From Macrostomum lignano (Eukaryota), in assembly GCA_002269645.1 (NCBI GenBank), contig NIVC01000103.1, positions 803,393 through 867,392 of the forward strand: DNA of 64,000 nt. The letters run 5' to 3'. The notes under the pieces were generated by a model. That model was given only the letters and a program-made list of their open reading frames with translations, was not told the DNA's origin and did no database searches. The translations under genes and the position numbers were made by a program. Positions 13,789 through 25,539 of the stretch are shown here, piece by piece; the stretch's first letter is position 1, and each line of letters opens with the position of its first letter.

Positions 13789-16700
13789 ATGGAAACAGAG
13801 ATGGAGCGGAAGCTGAGAGCGGCGCTGGAGGCTGGAGACAGCGAGGAGCTGCAGCGACTGTGCGGTGAGGTCGGCAGCAACATCCAGCTGGATGTGGGCG
13901 GCTTCGACAAGCAAGAATATCCCTTTGAAGAGCTTCGAATGCCGCTGGCCCATCACGTGGCCTGCAAGCCTGTGAGTTCGTCGTGCCTGGAGCTGCTGAT
14001 TGACAGATTCGGAACCGGCTGTCTGACATATGGAAATGATAGGGACGAGACTCCAGTGCACTTGGCTGCCCAGCATCAGGACGAATCTTGGATGAAGCTG
14101 ATTAAAGAGAAGGGAGGCAGAGGCTGCTTGAGAATTGCCAATAAAGATGGAAAGACAGTCGCTCACTTTGCCGCTATGAACAGAAAAAGCAACTCTTGTC
14201 TGAAGTGGCTGGTGAAGGAGCTCGGCAGCGACTGTCTCACAGTTCCTGACAAATCCGGTTACACGGCCGTCCATTTGGCCGCTAAGCATCAGAGCATCGA
14301 GTCGCTGGAGTGGATCAAGAGACAGATCGGAACTGACTGCTTTCGGCTGAAGGGAGGGTTCTGGAAGAGTACAGCATTTCACTTTGCTGCTGAGAAGTCT
14401 GACAATTCAATGCTGAAGTGGCTGGTGAAGGAGCTCGGCAGCGACTGTCTCACAGTTCCTGACAAATCCGGTTACACGGCCGTCCATTTGGCCGCTAAGC
14501 ATCAGAGCATCGAGTCGCTGGAGTGGATCAAGAGACAGATCGGAACTGACTGCTTTCGGCTGAAGGGAGACTATGATATAACAGCATTTCACTTTGCTGC
14601 TGAGAAGTCTGACAATTCAAATCTGAAGTGGCTGGTGAAGGAGCTCGGCAGCGACTGTCTCACAGTTCCTGACAAAGACGGTGACACGGCCGTCCATTTG
14701 GCCGCTCAGCATCAGGGCATCGAGTCGCTGGAGTGGATCAAGAGACAGATCGGAACTGACTGCTTTCGGCTGAAGGCACGATTCTTGAAGAGAACGGCAT
14801 TTCACTTTGCTGCTGTGAAGTCTGACAATTCAAATCTGAAGTGGCTGGTGAAGGAGCTCGGCAGCGACTGTCTCACAGTTCCTGACAAATCCGGTTACAC
14901 GGCCGTCCATTTGGCCGCTAAGCATCAGAGCATCGAGTCGCTGGAGTGGATCAAGAGACAGATCGGAACTGACTGCTTTCGGCTGAAGGGAGATGATGAT
15001 AGAACAGCATTTCACTTTGCTGCTCAGAAGTCTGACAATTCAAATCTGAAGTGGCTGGTGAAGGAGCTCGGCAGCGACTGTCTCACAGTTCCTGACGAAT
15101 ACGGTTACACGGCCGTCCATTTGGCCGCTCAGCATCAGGGCATCGAGTCGCTGGAGTGGATCAAGAGACAGATCGGAACTGACTGCTTTCGGCTGAAGGG
15201 ATTGTTGGATAGAACAGCATTTCACTTTGCTGCTAAAAAGTCTGACAATTCAAATCTGAAGTGGCTGGTGAAGGAGCTCGGCAGCGACTGTCTCACAGTT
15301 CCTGACGAAGACGGTGACACGGCTGTCCATTTTGCCGCTCTGCATCAGGGCATCGAGTCGCTGGAGTGGATCAAGAGACAGATCGGAACTGACTGCTTTC
15401 GGCTGAAGACAAAGAGTGATAGAACAGCATTTCACTTTGCTGCTAAAAAGTCTGACAATTCAAATCTGAAGTGGCTGGTGAAGGAGCTCGGCAGCGACTG
15501 TCTCACAGTTCCTGACAAATACGGTAACACGGCCGTCCATTCGGCCGCTCAGCATCAGGGCATCGAGTCGCTGGAGTGGATCAAGAGACAGATCGGAACT
15601 GACTGCTTTCGGCTGAAGACAAAGAGTGATAGAACAGCATTTCACTTTGCTGCTAAAAAGTCTGACAATTCAAATCTGAAGTGGCTGGTGAAGGAGCTCA
15701 GCAGCGACTGTCTCACAGTTCCTGACTCACTCGGTGAGACGGCCGTCCATTTGGCCGCTAAGCATCAGAGCATCGAGTCGCTGGAGTGGATCAAGAGACA
15801 GATCGGAACTGACTGCTTTCGGCTGAAGGCACGATTCTTGAAGAGAACGGCATTTCACTTTGCTGCTGTGAAGTCTGACAATTCAAATCTGAAGTGGCTG
15901 GTGAAGGAGCTCGGCAGCGACTGTCTCACAGTTCCTGACAAAGACGGTGACACGGCCGTCCATTGGGCCGCTGAGTGGCAGCCAGTCGGCTCTCTTCAGT
16001 TCATTTTTGACCAAATCGGAGCCGAAATGCTCAGCTTGAAGAACAACAAGGGCGAAACACCGGCTGATCTTGTTGACATTGGGCGGTGGTGCACAGACAA
16101 GTCAGCAAAGCGGGCCTGGATTTCCTCCACGCAGCGGCGGCTCGAAGCCTCTCGGCCTCCCGCTGGCAGCTCAGCGCCGACTGCCGCCTCAGCTGGGTGA
16201 GTCCTGACTGAGAACTGCTGCCTGACACTGAAAATACTGAAAATATTGTTTGGCGAAAATTCATTGCGCTTTGATGATCGGCGCCCTGAAATTCTCGGCA
16301 GCGCCGCAGTCAAGAGAGGGCGTCATGAATGTCAGTGCAGCTCCTCATGGCGCCCCCAACCTTCTCATGGCGCCTCCAATCTCCCCATGGCGCCCCCAAC
16401 CTCCCCATGGCGCCTCCAATCTCCCCATGGCGCCTCCAACCTCCCCATGGCGCCCCCAACCTCCCTATGGCGCCTCCAATCTCCCCATGGCGCCTCCAGT
16501 CTCTTCATGGCGCCTCCAATCTCCCAATGGCGCCTCCAACCTTCTCATGGCGCCTCCAACCTCCCCATGGCGCCTCCAATCTCCCCATGGCGCCTCCAAT
16601 CTCCCCATGGCGCCTCCAATCTCCCTAAAGAGCCCCCAATCTCCTCATGGGCCCCAACCCCCCACCCACAGCTCAATCTGCAGGAGTTTTTAAACACAAA

Positions 16701-19000
16701 GCATCAGCGAGTTCAAGTGCCATCAAACTCTCCGAAGTTTCAAACTGTCCGATTTTAGTAGGAATGTACTTGGTGTGATGTTCAAAATATTGGCTCTTGA
16801 ATGATTTGAGAGCCTCCAATGTCTTCGTGGCGCCGCAATATCCCGATCGCGCCCCCAATGTCCATATAGCGCCACCCATAGCTCAATCTGCAGGGGCTTC
16901 TTATTCACGAAGCATTAGCAGAGTTCAAGTGCCGCCTTGGCGACCCAGACATGTTTAACGGCTCACTCGTAAAACTCTTCCTACAGCGCTGCAGCTCCGC
17001 GTCTCCGCCCACGAGCTCGACGGAGCGTCCAGCTGCCTGGGCCGACTCCGGTCGGACTGCCTGAGGAGACTCGGTGAGAAATGATGAGGCGACAGTTGGT
17101 GAACTCGTCAAAACCTGCAGTCTGAGCGCAGGCAACAAGCCAAAAGGCACCTGGCACTTCATGGCACCCGAGGATGCTCATGGCAGAAGGGTGGTGACGC
17201 AGAAGGGTGGTGACGCAGAAGGGTGGTGACGCAGAAGGGTGGTGACGCAGAAGGGTGGTGACGCAGAAGGGTGGTGACGCAGAAGGGTGGTGACGCAGAA
17301 GGGTGGTGACGCAGAAGGGTGGTGACGCAGAAGGGTGGTGACGCAGAAGGGTGGTGACGCAGAAGGGTGGTGACGCAGAAGGCTGGTGACGCAGAAGGGT
17401 GGTGACGCAGAAGGGTGGTGACGCAGAAGGGTGGTGACGCAGAAGGGTGGTGACGCAGAAGGGTGGTGACGCAGAAGGGTGGTGACGCAGAAGGCTGGTG
17501 ACGCAGAAGGGTGGTGACGCAGAAGGGTGGTGACGCAGAAGGGTGGTGACGCAGAAGGGTGGTGACGCAGAAGGGTGGTGACGCAGAAGGGTGGTGACGC
17601 AGAAGGGTGGTGACGCAGAAGGGTGGTGACGCAGAAGGGTGGTGACGCAGAAGGGTGGTGACGCAGAAGGGTGGTGACGCAGAAGGGTGGTGACGCAGAA
17701 GGCTGGTGACGCAGAAGGGTGGTGACGCAGAAGGGTGGTGACGCAGAAGGGTGGTGACGCAGAAGGGTGGTGACGCAGTAGGCTGAGTGACTCCAAAGTA
17801 CTCAGAAAGCCCCAAGCAACACAAAACTCATCTAATTCCTTCATTTCATGTTTCAGCGCCAAGAAGCAGCTGGACCCCAGCTTCACCGACTGGGACTTCA
17901 TCCTGCAGGACAACAACAAGAAGCAGCTAATCGGCCGTGGTGGATTCGGCAAGGTGTACAAGGCCCTCACAGACCGCAACCAGACGGTGGCTGTCAAGGT
18001 GCTGCCCCTGAGCGGCACCGGCCAATCGGGGAAGCTGCAGAGAGCCGTCGAGATGGAGAAGCGGGGAGTTGAGATCCTCAAGCGACTCTCGCATCCCAAC
18101 ATTCTGCAGTTCCTCAAGTTCGAGCAGAAGTCGGATGGGCTGTACATCTTCACCGAGCTGGTCTCGGGTCACAGCCTCTTTGAGCTGATGCAGCGTCAGA
18201 ACAAGCCTTTTAAGGAGTCCGGGGTCAGGGACTTCTCCAGACAGGTGCGTCTCTGAGTTCTCTGGCACTGCCTGGCATGGGTGGGATCAGTGTGGGATCA
18301 GTGTGGGATCAGTGTGGGATCAGTGTGGGATCAGTGTGGGATCAGTGTGGGATCAGTGTGGGATCAGTGTGGGATCAGTGTGAGATCAGTGTGAGATCAG
18401 TGTGAGATAAGTGCGGGATCAGTGTGGGATCATTGTGGGATCATTGTGGGATCAGTGTGGGTGAAAAATGAATTCATGCATTTTTTTGACTACTCAAAGC
18501 TGCTCCACCTGCAGATCTGCTCAGGCCTGAACTTCCTGCACTGCCAGCCGGAGGGCGCCATCCTGCACCGTGATGTGAATAGCAAGAACGTGATGCTCAG
18601 CAATGAGGGCGTCATCAAGCTGATCGACTTCGGTCTGGCCAAGGAGATCGGGAAGAGCAGCGGCCTGAGCACAGACATCGGGCCGAAAGGCACCACCTAC
18701 TTCATGGCTCCGGAGCTGTTCGACACAGAAGTCCATTCGCTTCCGTACTCAGCCAAGACCGACATGTGGGCCTTCGGCTGCACCGTGTATGAGCTGACGG
18801 CCATGCAGCCTCCTGATGGGGACAGGCCAAGTGAAAGTATTAGCATTCGAAGATTTAGGAAGCAAAATATGCCTCGGATTGCGGACGGGTTCTCAGCCGG
18901 CCTGAAGGACTTCTACCTCAGGTGCGTAGACTATGACCCGAGGAAGCGAGCGGACACCGCGGAGCTGCTGCGGCACAGCTTCCTGAGTGCCTCATCCTGA
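13789..19000 (+). CDS. Ankyrin-repeat protein kinase A (~20 ANK repeats + STE/MAP3K-like kinase domain)
   Basis: Exons 13789-16196, 16987-17073, 17857-18244 and 18515-19000 join in phase (2,2,0) with GT-AG sites. Kinase motifs IGRGGFGKVY, VAVK, HRDVNSKN, DFG, GTTYFMAPE and DMWAFGC. The start could instead be the upstream alternative at 13726. Confidence 0.92.
14200..15990 (+). repeat. Coding tandem array of 8.5 units of 210/213 bp (two ankyrin repeats per unit)
   Basis: GTGGCTGGTGAAGGAGCTC recurs 9 times at ~210-bp spacing. Units are near-identical except in short variable segments. Confidence 0.97.
16340..16655. repeat. 20-bp minisatellite (CTCCCCATGGCGCCTCCAAT) in intron 1 of kinase A
   Basis: Direct observation. 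Confidence 0.9.
17116..17175 (+). pseudogene. Intronic fragment of a paralogous kinase activation segment
   Basis: Translates LSAGNKPKGTWHFMAPE and aligns with LSTDIGPKGTTYFMAPE in exon 4 of the same gene. Confidence 0.7.
17180..17780. repeat. 16-bp minisatellite (GCAGAAGGGTGGTGAC) in intron 2 of kinase A
   Basis: Direct observation. Confidence 0.96.
18280..18460. repeat. 11-bp repeat (GTGTGGGATCA) in intron 3 of kinase A
   Basis: Direct observation. Confidence 0.93.
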
Positions 19001-19069
19001 CTGCGAGAGCGATGGGCTGTGAGGGAGCGGAGCGGCTCTTGGAGCGGGCGGTTTTGCTTGCTGACGTTG

Positions 19070-19545
19070 TCTGCTTTTGTTTATCCGATTGCCGTTTTTG
19101 TTTACCTGATTGCTCTTTTTGTTTATCCGATTGCTATTTTTGTTTATCCGATTGCCCTTTTTGTTTATCCGATTGCCCTTTTTGTTTGTTTGATTGCCCA
19201 TTTTGTTTATCCGATTGCCCATTTTGTTTATCCGATTGCCCATTTTGTTTATCCGATATCCCTTTTTGTTTATCTGATTGCTTTTTTGTTTATCCGATTG
19301 CCGTTTTTGTTTACCTGATTGATTGTTTTGTTTATCCGATTGCTATTTTTGTTTATCCGATTGCTTTTTTGTTTATCCGATTGCTATTTTTGTTTATCCG
19401 ATTGCTTTTTTGTTTATCCGATTGCTTTTTTGTTTATCCGATTGACCTTTTTGTTTATTTGATCGCCCGTTTTATTTATTTGATTGCTCTTCTTGTTTAT
19501 CCGATTACTCTTTTTGTTTATCCGATTTACCTTTTTGTTTATCCG
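19070..19545. repeat. ~21-bp degenerate repeat (TTTTTGTTTATCCGATTGCnn)
   Basis: Direct observation. A short relative occurs at ~12020-12070. Confidence 0.9.
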
Positions 19546-20049
19546 GCAGCTTTGTTTGTTCGAACTGCTCATTCTGCTCATTCAGATTTTGGATTTTAAA
19601 TTTTGATTTATCGTTGTGTCTATTGATCACCTGCTGCTACCCGATGCCCGGATCAATTATCCAATCTCAGTTTTGTTTATTCGGCTGCGATTCGGAATTC
19701 AAATTTTATTTATTTGACTTCCGGGTTTGTTTTACCAGTTGCTCCTTTCAATTAATGAGACATTTTTGTGCCGACTCGAGTGCTATTTCAGTTTCAAGCT
19801 GATCAATGTTGATTTTGAAACTCTGGCACAGAGCCAATCACAATTTCCCCAATCTGCTCAGACTGCTCAATGCCTACTCCAGATTTTCTGTTGCCGAGAA
19901 TTTTTCACATTTTTCTGCCACCGGTTTGGCGCTTTTTCCGGCACTGAGTTTTTTTTGATTTTTGGACTGACTTTTTATTAGCAACTGTTGGAGCAGGAAG
20001 TCCAGCGCTTACTTAAGAGTTCTCAGTTAAATATACAGCCACCGCTTGG

Positions 20050-20195
20050 CTTGCCGTGACCCGCTGTGTCCTGACTTGCCGTGACCCGCTGTGTCCTGAC
20101 TTGCCGTGACCCGCTGTGTCCTGACTTGCCGTGACCCGCTGTGTCCTGACTTGCCGTGACCCGCTGTGTCCTGACTTGCCGTGACCCGCTGTGAC
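20050..20195. repeat. 25-bp tandem repeat (GCCGTGACCCGCTGTGTCCTGACTT)
   Basis: Direct observation, ~5.5 copies. Confidence 0.92.
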
Positions 20196-20879
20196 CCATT
20201 TCATATTTCAATATTTCACAGCGTCATTTCTGAGCCTAACTCAGTGCAATGCACACAACAGTGCGGGGAAGGCAGAGCTGATGAAGCAGGCATGCAATGA
20301 AGCTTGCCATTGTTTTCAAAGGGCTTGCAGAGTGTCAGGAGGTCTGAGGCTGCCTCACGGCTCGGCCCCTCACGCAGTCAGCAAAGAGATGTGCAGAGCC
20401 CTTAACTGCAGAGACGCTGCAGAGCTGCTCCAGTTGCCATGGTAACGGGGGAGACTCGAGCTCGGAGAGTCTGTGGACAGCTGAGCAATGTGCTCACCTG
20501 GAGGCTGGGTGATGCGACTTTTTGCTTCATCTGCACAAAAGTGTGTTCGAACGAGCATCAGCCATTCTGTGCATCTCTTTTGAACAGCTGATGCTGCATC
20601 AATGATGCTGGCAGACACTTGAGTCTGTGCTCACTCAGTGCACTGTGCAATGTACATAAATAAGTGCTTGCAGTGGCTTCGCATTGCATTGAACTGAGAC
20701 AATGGCGGGGCCTGAGGGGCTGCACAGCCACCTCAGCCGCTGTTTTGAGCAGGAAAATGAGAATAAAACCGCATTTCTGCTTTCATTTGGACCGAATTTG
20801 GTGGGAAAACACTTTTGAGACTACTCTAGATAGCAGAGTATGGTTTTACACTGAATGCACACTTTTGCTGTTAGACATA

Positions 20880-21515
20880 GTGTCCTGTTAGAGATGGGAG
20901 TCTCCTGTCAGACATGGGAGTCTCCTGTTAGACATGGGAGTCTCCTGTTAGACATGGGAGTCTCCTGTTAGACATGGGAGTCTCCTGTTAGACACGGGAG
21001 TCTCCTGTTTGTTAGACACGGGAGTCTCCTGTCAGACATGGGAGTCTCCTGTTAGACATGGGCGTCTCCTGTTAGACACGGGAGTCTCCTGTTAGACATG
21101 GTGTCCTGTTAGACATGGGAGTCTCCTGTTAGACATGGGAGTCTCCTGTTAGACATGGGAGTCTCCTGTTTTTTAGACACGGGAGTCTCCTGTCAGACAT
21201 GGGAGTCTCCTGTTAGACATGGGAGTCTCCTGTTAGACATTGGAGTCTCCTGTTAGACATGGGAGTCTCCTGTTAGACACGGGAGTCTCCTGTTTGTTAG
21301 ACACGGGAGTCTCCTGTCAGACATGGGAGTCTCCTGTTAGACATGGGCGTCTCCTGTTAGACACGGGAGTCTCCTGTTAGACATGGTGTCCTGTTAGACA
21401 TGGGAGTCTCCTGTTAGACATTGAAGTCTCCTGTTAGACATGGGAGTCTCCTGTTAGACATTGGAGTCTCCTGTTAGACATGGGAGTCTCCTGTTAGACA
21501 CGGGAGTCTCCTGTT
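20880..21515. repeat. 20-bp minisatellite (CTCCTGTTAGACATGGGAGT)
   Basis: Direct observation. Confidence 0.93.
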
Positions 21516-22068
21516 TGATATGACAGTCTTCTTTACTCTTCTCTCTACCCTCTTATATCCAGCAAAGTTATCATAATTTTCTAGTAGGTTACATGCAGGC
21601 GTATATCGGAGAATTATTAATTCATGCGTATGTCATGTCGCTTTGTCCCCATCTTTGTGAGATTCTGGTGAAACTTGGGTGAGATTGTGATGGGGGTAAG
21701 ATCAGGGGAAAGGGCGTAGAATAGAAGGTAAAAGGGCGTTCGTAGGTTTCATGCTATTGTTAATTTTGCTCGATGAATTCATGTACTGTTTATGACCGAT
21801 TCTTCACAGCTACCCTACATGTGCGAGTTATGATCATGCTTGTCTATGAGCTACATGTACTACATCTCCTATGACCTATTGAGCATGACCCCAATTGTCT
21901 ATGACCTACTGAGCATGACCCCAATTGTATATGACCTACTGAGCATGACTCGTGTGATTTTTGCAGGTCGACCGATAATGACCAGCAATTGCTGTCCGCC
22001 TTGAATGTCTATGGCCAGGAGCCCCGTGAACGACGTCCGTGGCCGTAGATTGCAGTATATAGCTTGTA

Positions 22069-22954
22069 TACCTTTTCCACTCCAAGTCTGTCACAAGTAA
22101 CTTCAAATCTGCCGTAGATAGCAGAAAGGCATACATTCAGCTCGCAAGCCGAGCGCCAACTTAATAGTCTATGGTTAAAGCTCAGATCAATTCTGTCAAA
22201 AGTAATTTCAAATCTGTCCACTGAACAGATAGGGAGTTGGAACCAAGGCAGTAAAGACTAGAAAACTTCTTTATAGACAGACCCAGATTTTAACAGTGAA
22301 ACTTATTCGTCTATGGCAATCTTATATATAAATTCTGTCACAAGTAAGTTCAAATCTGTCAGAGATATATATGTTGACAGCAACGCGAGTTCACAACAAT
22401 TTTTTCTTGCCTTACCCACCATGCCCTATGCAAGAATATGCTTAATAGACAGGCAGCGCCTGGTTAACAGCTACAACACTGGACGGGACTGGAGGAGACT
22501 GGCCATTGACCTCGGAATCAAAAGGACCACCGCAAACTTGATCCTAAAGCATTCAGACTGAGCATTCTGATTCGCGAATTGCATGCCAGCATGCCTCATC
22601 TGACACATGACCACTGCCTACGATGGCACCTGCACACGTTGAGTTACGGACAGGCCTGCTTGGATCGTCGCGATATTTTTGTTTGAAATATCTATGCAAC
22701 TGATTGACTGTAGCAGACATGTTAGCATAGTGAATTACAGAATTTGTTGCTTTAATTTGAGAGCACTGTTCAAAATAAACCTTTGTTTCGTTATCTGTTC
22801 AGTGGACAGATTTGAAATTACTTTTGACAGAATTGATCTGAGCTTTAACCATAGACTCTTAAGTTGGCGCTCGGCTTGCGAGCTGAATGTATGCCTTTCT
22901 GCTATCTACGGCAGATTTGAAGTTACTTGTGACAGACTTGGAGTGGAAAAGGTA
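22069..22954 (+). mobile_element. Tc1/mariner-like deletion derivative with ~160-bp TIRs
   Basis: Inverted arms ~22067-22230 and ~22792-22956 bounded by TATA. Internal ATG at 22421 gives MPYARICLIDRQRLVNSYNTGRDWRRLAIDLGIKRTTANLIL, which resembles the N-terminal HTH of Tc1-like transposases, then stops. Confidence 0.7.
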
Positions 22955-23089
22955 TATTTTAGCAGGTATAAACTATAATCATGTGAAGAACCTATTTCTA
23001 TTAAATCCATGCCTTACTGTTACAAGCTTATCAACAGAGTCGGGAATCCGTCCAAGTTGTTCTCAGACATCCGGACACTTCCGTTTCAT

Positions 23090-23210
23090 TCATAGCCATT
23101 CATAGCCATTCATAGCCATTCATAATCATTCATAGCCATTCATAAACATTCATAGCCATTCATAGCCATTCATAACCATTCATAAATATTCATAAACATT
23201 CATAGCCATT
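23090..23210. repeat. 10-bp repeat (CATTCATAGC)
   Basis: Direct observation. Confidence 0.88.
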
Positions 23211-23616
23211 TATCATTGTTTCAGACAGAATTGCCCCAATATAGATACAATGTATTGATCTGAGCAGGTATATATATATGTAGAAGATTAAACATGGACT
23301 TTTTAGGGATTTATAAAAGTACATGTAGCTACAAAAAATTAACATGACGATTATCCAGAAAAATATTTGAATATAACCGAATCGAATCCCTGAGAAAGGA
23401 GTCAATGTCTATAATATGTGATCAACTATCTTTCCGTCATATATTTTTCAGTTTCCCGCTAATGTAAATCATTTACTAAGTGTCTGTAATAAATAAACGG
23501 TGTTAATTAGTATTTGCCTGTTGAAAGATGCGCGCAACTTTGCTGCCATTCGATATCTTAAATCAAATTCATTCAGCTTGTAAGCTACTACTAGTAGTTT
23601 AAATGGGTTTCCAAAT

Positions 23617-24111
23617 CTATCCATTTCTGTCGGTGAGCGGCACCACAATCACTGGCCGGTGCGCATGGTGAACAACATAATCCGATACGCTGCCAAGCAT
23701 AGTTCGTTGAAGTCGTTTCAATCCGCGAGTGCCCATTAGAATGGCGGCAGCGTCTAGTTCTGTTGCCATGGCAACAATCGCCTTGCCCGGTTCGGCTTCG
23801 TACTTGTCAATGAACTTGACGGAGTCTGCTGGCAAGCCCAACTGTTGGCAGAGTGCCAAACAGCGTTTGCGCACCCTGTCGATCTGGGCTGACGATTCTT
23901 GCATCAGCTGGGTGTACAGCTCCGTCTTGGACATCTTCAAGGTCGTGTTGCCGCGAGGCAGCGGCGGGGCTTCAACTGAATAAAAGATCACCAGCTGGTG
24001 TCGAGTGTCTCTTTCAGCATTGAGTCTGGCGAACCAGCTCAGAGCGGCCTGGCTGTTCTCACTGTTGTCGTAGGCGAGTAGAAACACGGTGGGCTGCTGG
24101 GGCGAGGCCAT
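23617..24111 (-). CDS. Universal stress protein (USP/UspA-like domain), single exon
   Basis: 164 aa with the N-terminal LLAYDNSENSQAAL motif and the C-terminal ILMGTRG...LGSVSDYVVHHAHRPVIVVP USP signature. Confidence 0.93.
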   Translation of the reverse strand: MASPQQPTVFLLAYDNSENSQAALSWFARLNAERDTRHQLVIFYSVEAPPLPRGNTTLKMSKTELYTQLMQESSAQIDRVRKRCLALCQQLGLPADSVKFIDKYEAEPGKAIVAMATELDAAAILMGTRGLKRLQRTMLGSVSDYVVHHAHRPVIVVPLTDRNG

Positions 24112-24399
24112 GGCCTATGAGCAGTATATGAGCAGCTTGTGCTATCGCTCAGCATAAAACTCTTTAGTTAAATTACTTAAAAAAATATTTCTCACAACAA
24201 AATTTCTCTCGCTCGAGATCTGATAAGAAAGAGCTGCTGGTTCGGTCTTATTTGTATTCGTACTCCATACGGTTTGAACAAATTTGAATTCTCGAGAGCT
24301 CTACACGCATGTTGCACTGACATAAACTGCACACGATTCAAAGGGGACAAAAAAGCAGAAAAACAAAAACGAACCGTAAATTGCGAGCCGGAGAAGGGT

Positions 24400-25152
24400 A
24401 GTGAGGAGGGAATAGAGATAGGAGAGATGAGTGAAAAGGAGGAGAGGAAAGAAGAGGAGGGATGAAATTGATGAAGGAAGAGAAGATAGGAAAGAAGAGG
24501 AGAGAAGGGAGAGAAGGGAGAGAAGGGAGAGGAGGGAGAAAAGGGAGAGAAGCGGAGAGAAGCGGAGAGAAGGGAGAGAAGCGGAGAGAAGGGAGAGAAG
24601 GAGAGGAGAGAAGAAAGAGAAGAGGAGAGAAGGGAGAGAAGAGGAGAGAAGGAAGAGAAGAGGAGAGAAGGGAGAGAAGAGGAGAGAAGGGAGACAAGAG
24701 GAGAGAAGGGAGAGAAGGGAGAGAAGGGAGAGGAGGGAGAGAAGAGGAGAGAAGGGAGAGAAGGGAGAGAAGGGAGAGGAGGGAGAGAAGAGGAGAGAAG
24801 GGAGAGAAGAGGAGAGAAGGGAGAGAAGAGGAGAGAAGGGAGAGAAGAGAAGAGAAGGGAGAGAAGAGGATAGAAGGGAGAGGAGAGGAGAGAAAGGGAA
24901 AGAAGAGGAGAGAAGGGAGAGGAGGGGAGAGAAAAGGAAAGAGAAGAGAGGAAGAGGAGAGGGGAGAAGGGGAGAAAAGCGACATGAGATAAAAGAAGGT
25001 AGAAGGGGAGATGAGACAGAAGAGAGCTGAGAAGAGACACAAACCTTGAGCGGGACGGATTGCCATTGTGCAGCTTCAAAAGCACCCGAGGCCCGGATAG
25101 AGAGGCTTTGCAGGCCGCATGTGGCCCGCGGGCCGGAGCTTGCCGACCCCCG
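24400..25152 (-). mobile_element. hAT-derived element end with internal GA-rich expansion (family copy 1)
   Basis: Minus-strand terminus CGGGGGTCGGCAAGCTCCGGCCCGCGGGCC and the following ~110 bp match the copies at 38211-38383 and 44426-44812. GA-rich simple repeat at 24400-25040. The second TIR was not found. Confidence 0.65.
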
Positions 25153-25539
25153 CTCAAGACAAAATAGTTATTAAGGGCGGCAATTAGCCAGCAACAGTTT
25201 TCATTTAAGTTGAGTTGTGCAGCAATTATAGCAGATTAACAAGAAACAACTATAGTCAGAAAGTGTTGTATTTGTCCAGCTGGCCCACTTAAGCGAGAGA
25301 AGTCAGAGAATTCCCAGGAAATTTGGTAAAATTTTACACAGCAACATTTTTTGTCAATGTCGCTCACTGCACGGAGCAAATTTACCTGACACTGCATGCT
25401 TACTGGCAGATTCCGGTTTTATTTCAGAAAACGCTGGAATAACAAATTTAATAATCTGCTAATTGCCCTTATATTGTATCTTAATCTTCTGTCCAGGTGT
25501 TGTCTCTGTGTCAGTCTGTTTTTGCACCTGTCTGCATGA

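Noticed and set aside
14200-15990. CRISPR-like or DGR-like pattern (constant repeats with short variable inserts; many NNC/NNA codons)
   Set aside because: The array is an in-frame coding ankyrin repeat in a spliced gene. There are no cas genes, no template repeat and no DGR-type RT in the window, and some changes (GAC to GAG) are not adenine-specific. Selection plus homogenisation explains the pattern.
24192-25157. Long E/R/K-rich and L/S/P-rich ORFs
   Set aside because: GA-rich simple repeat inside a transposon-derived fragment.
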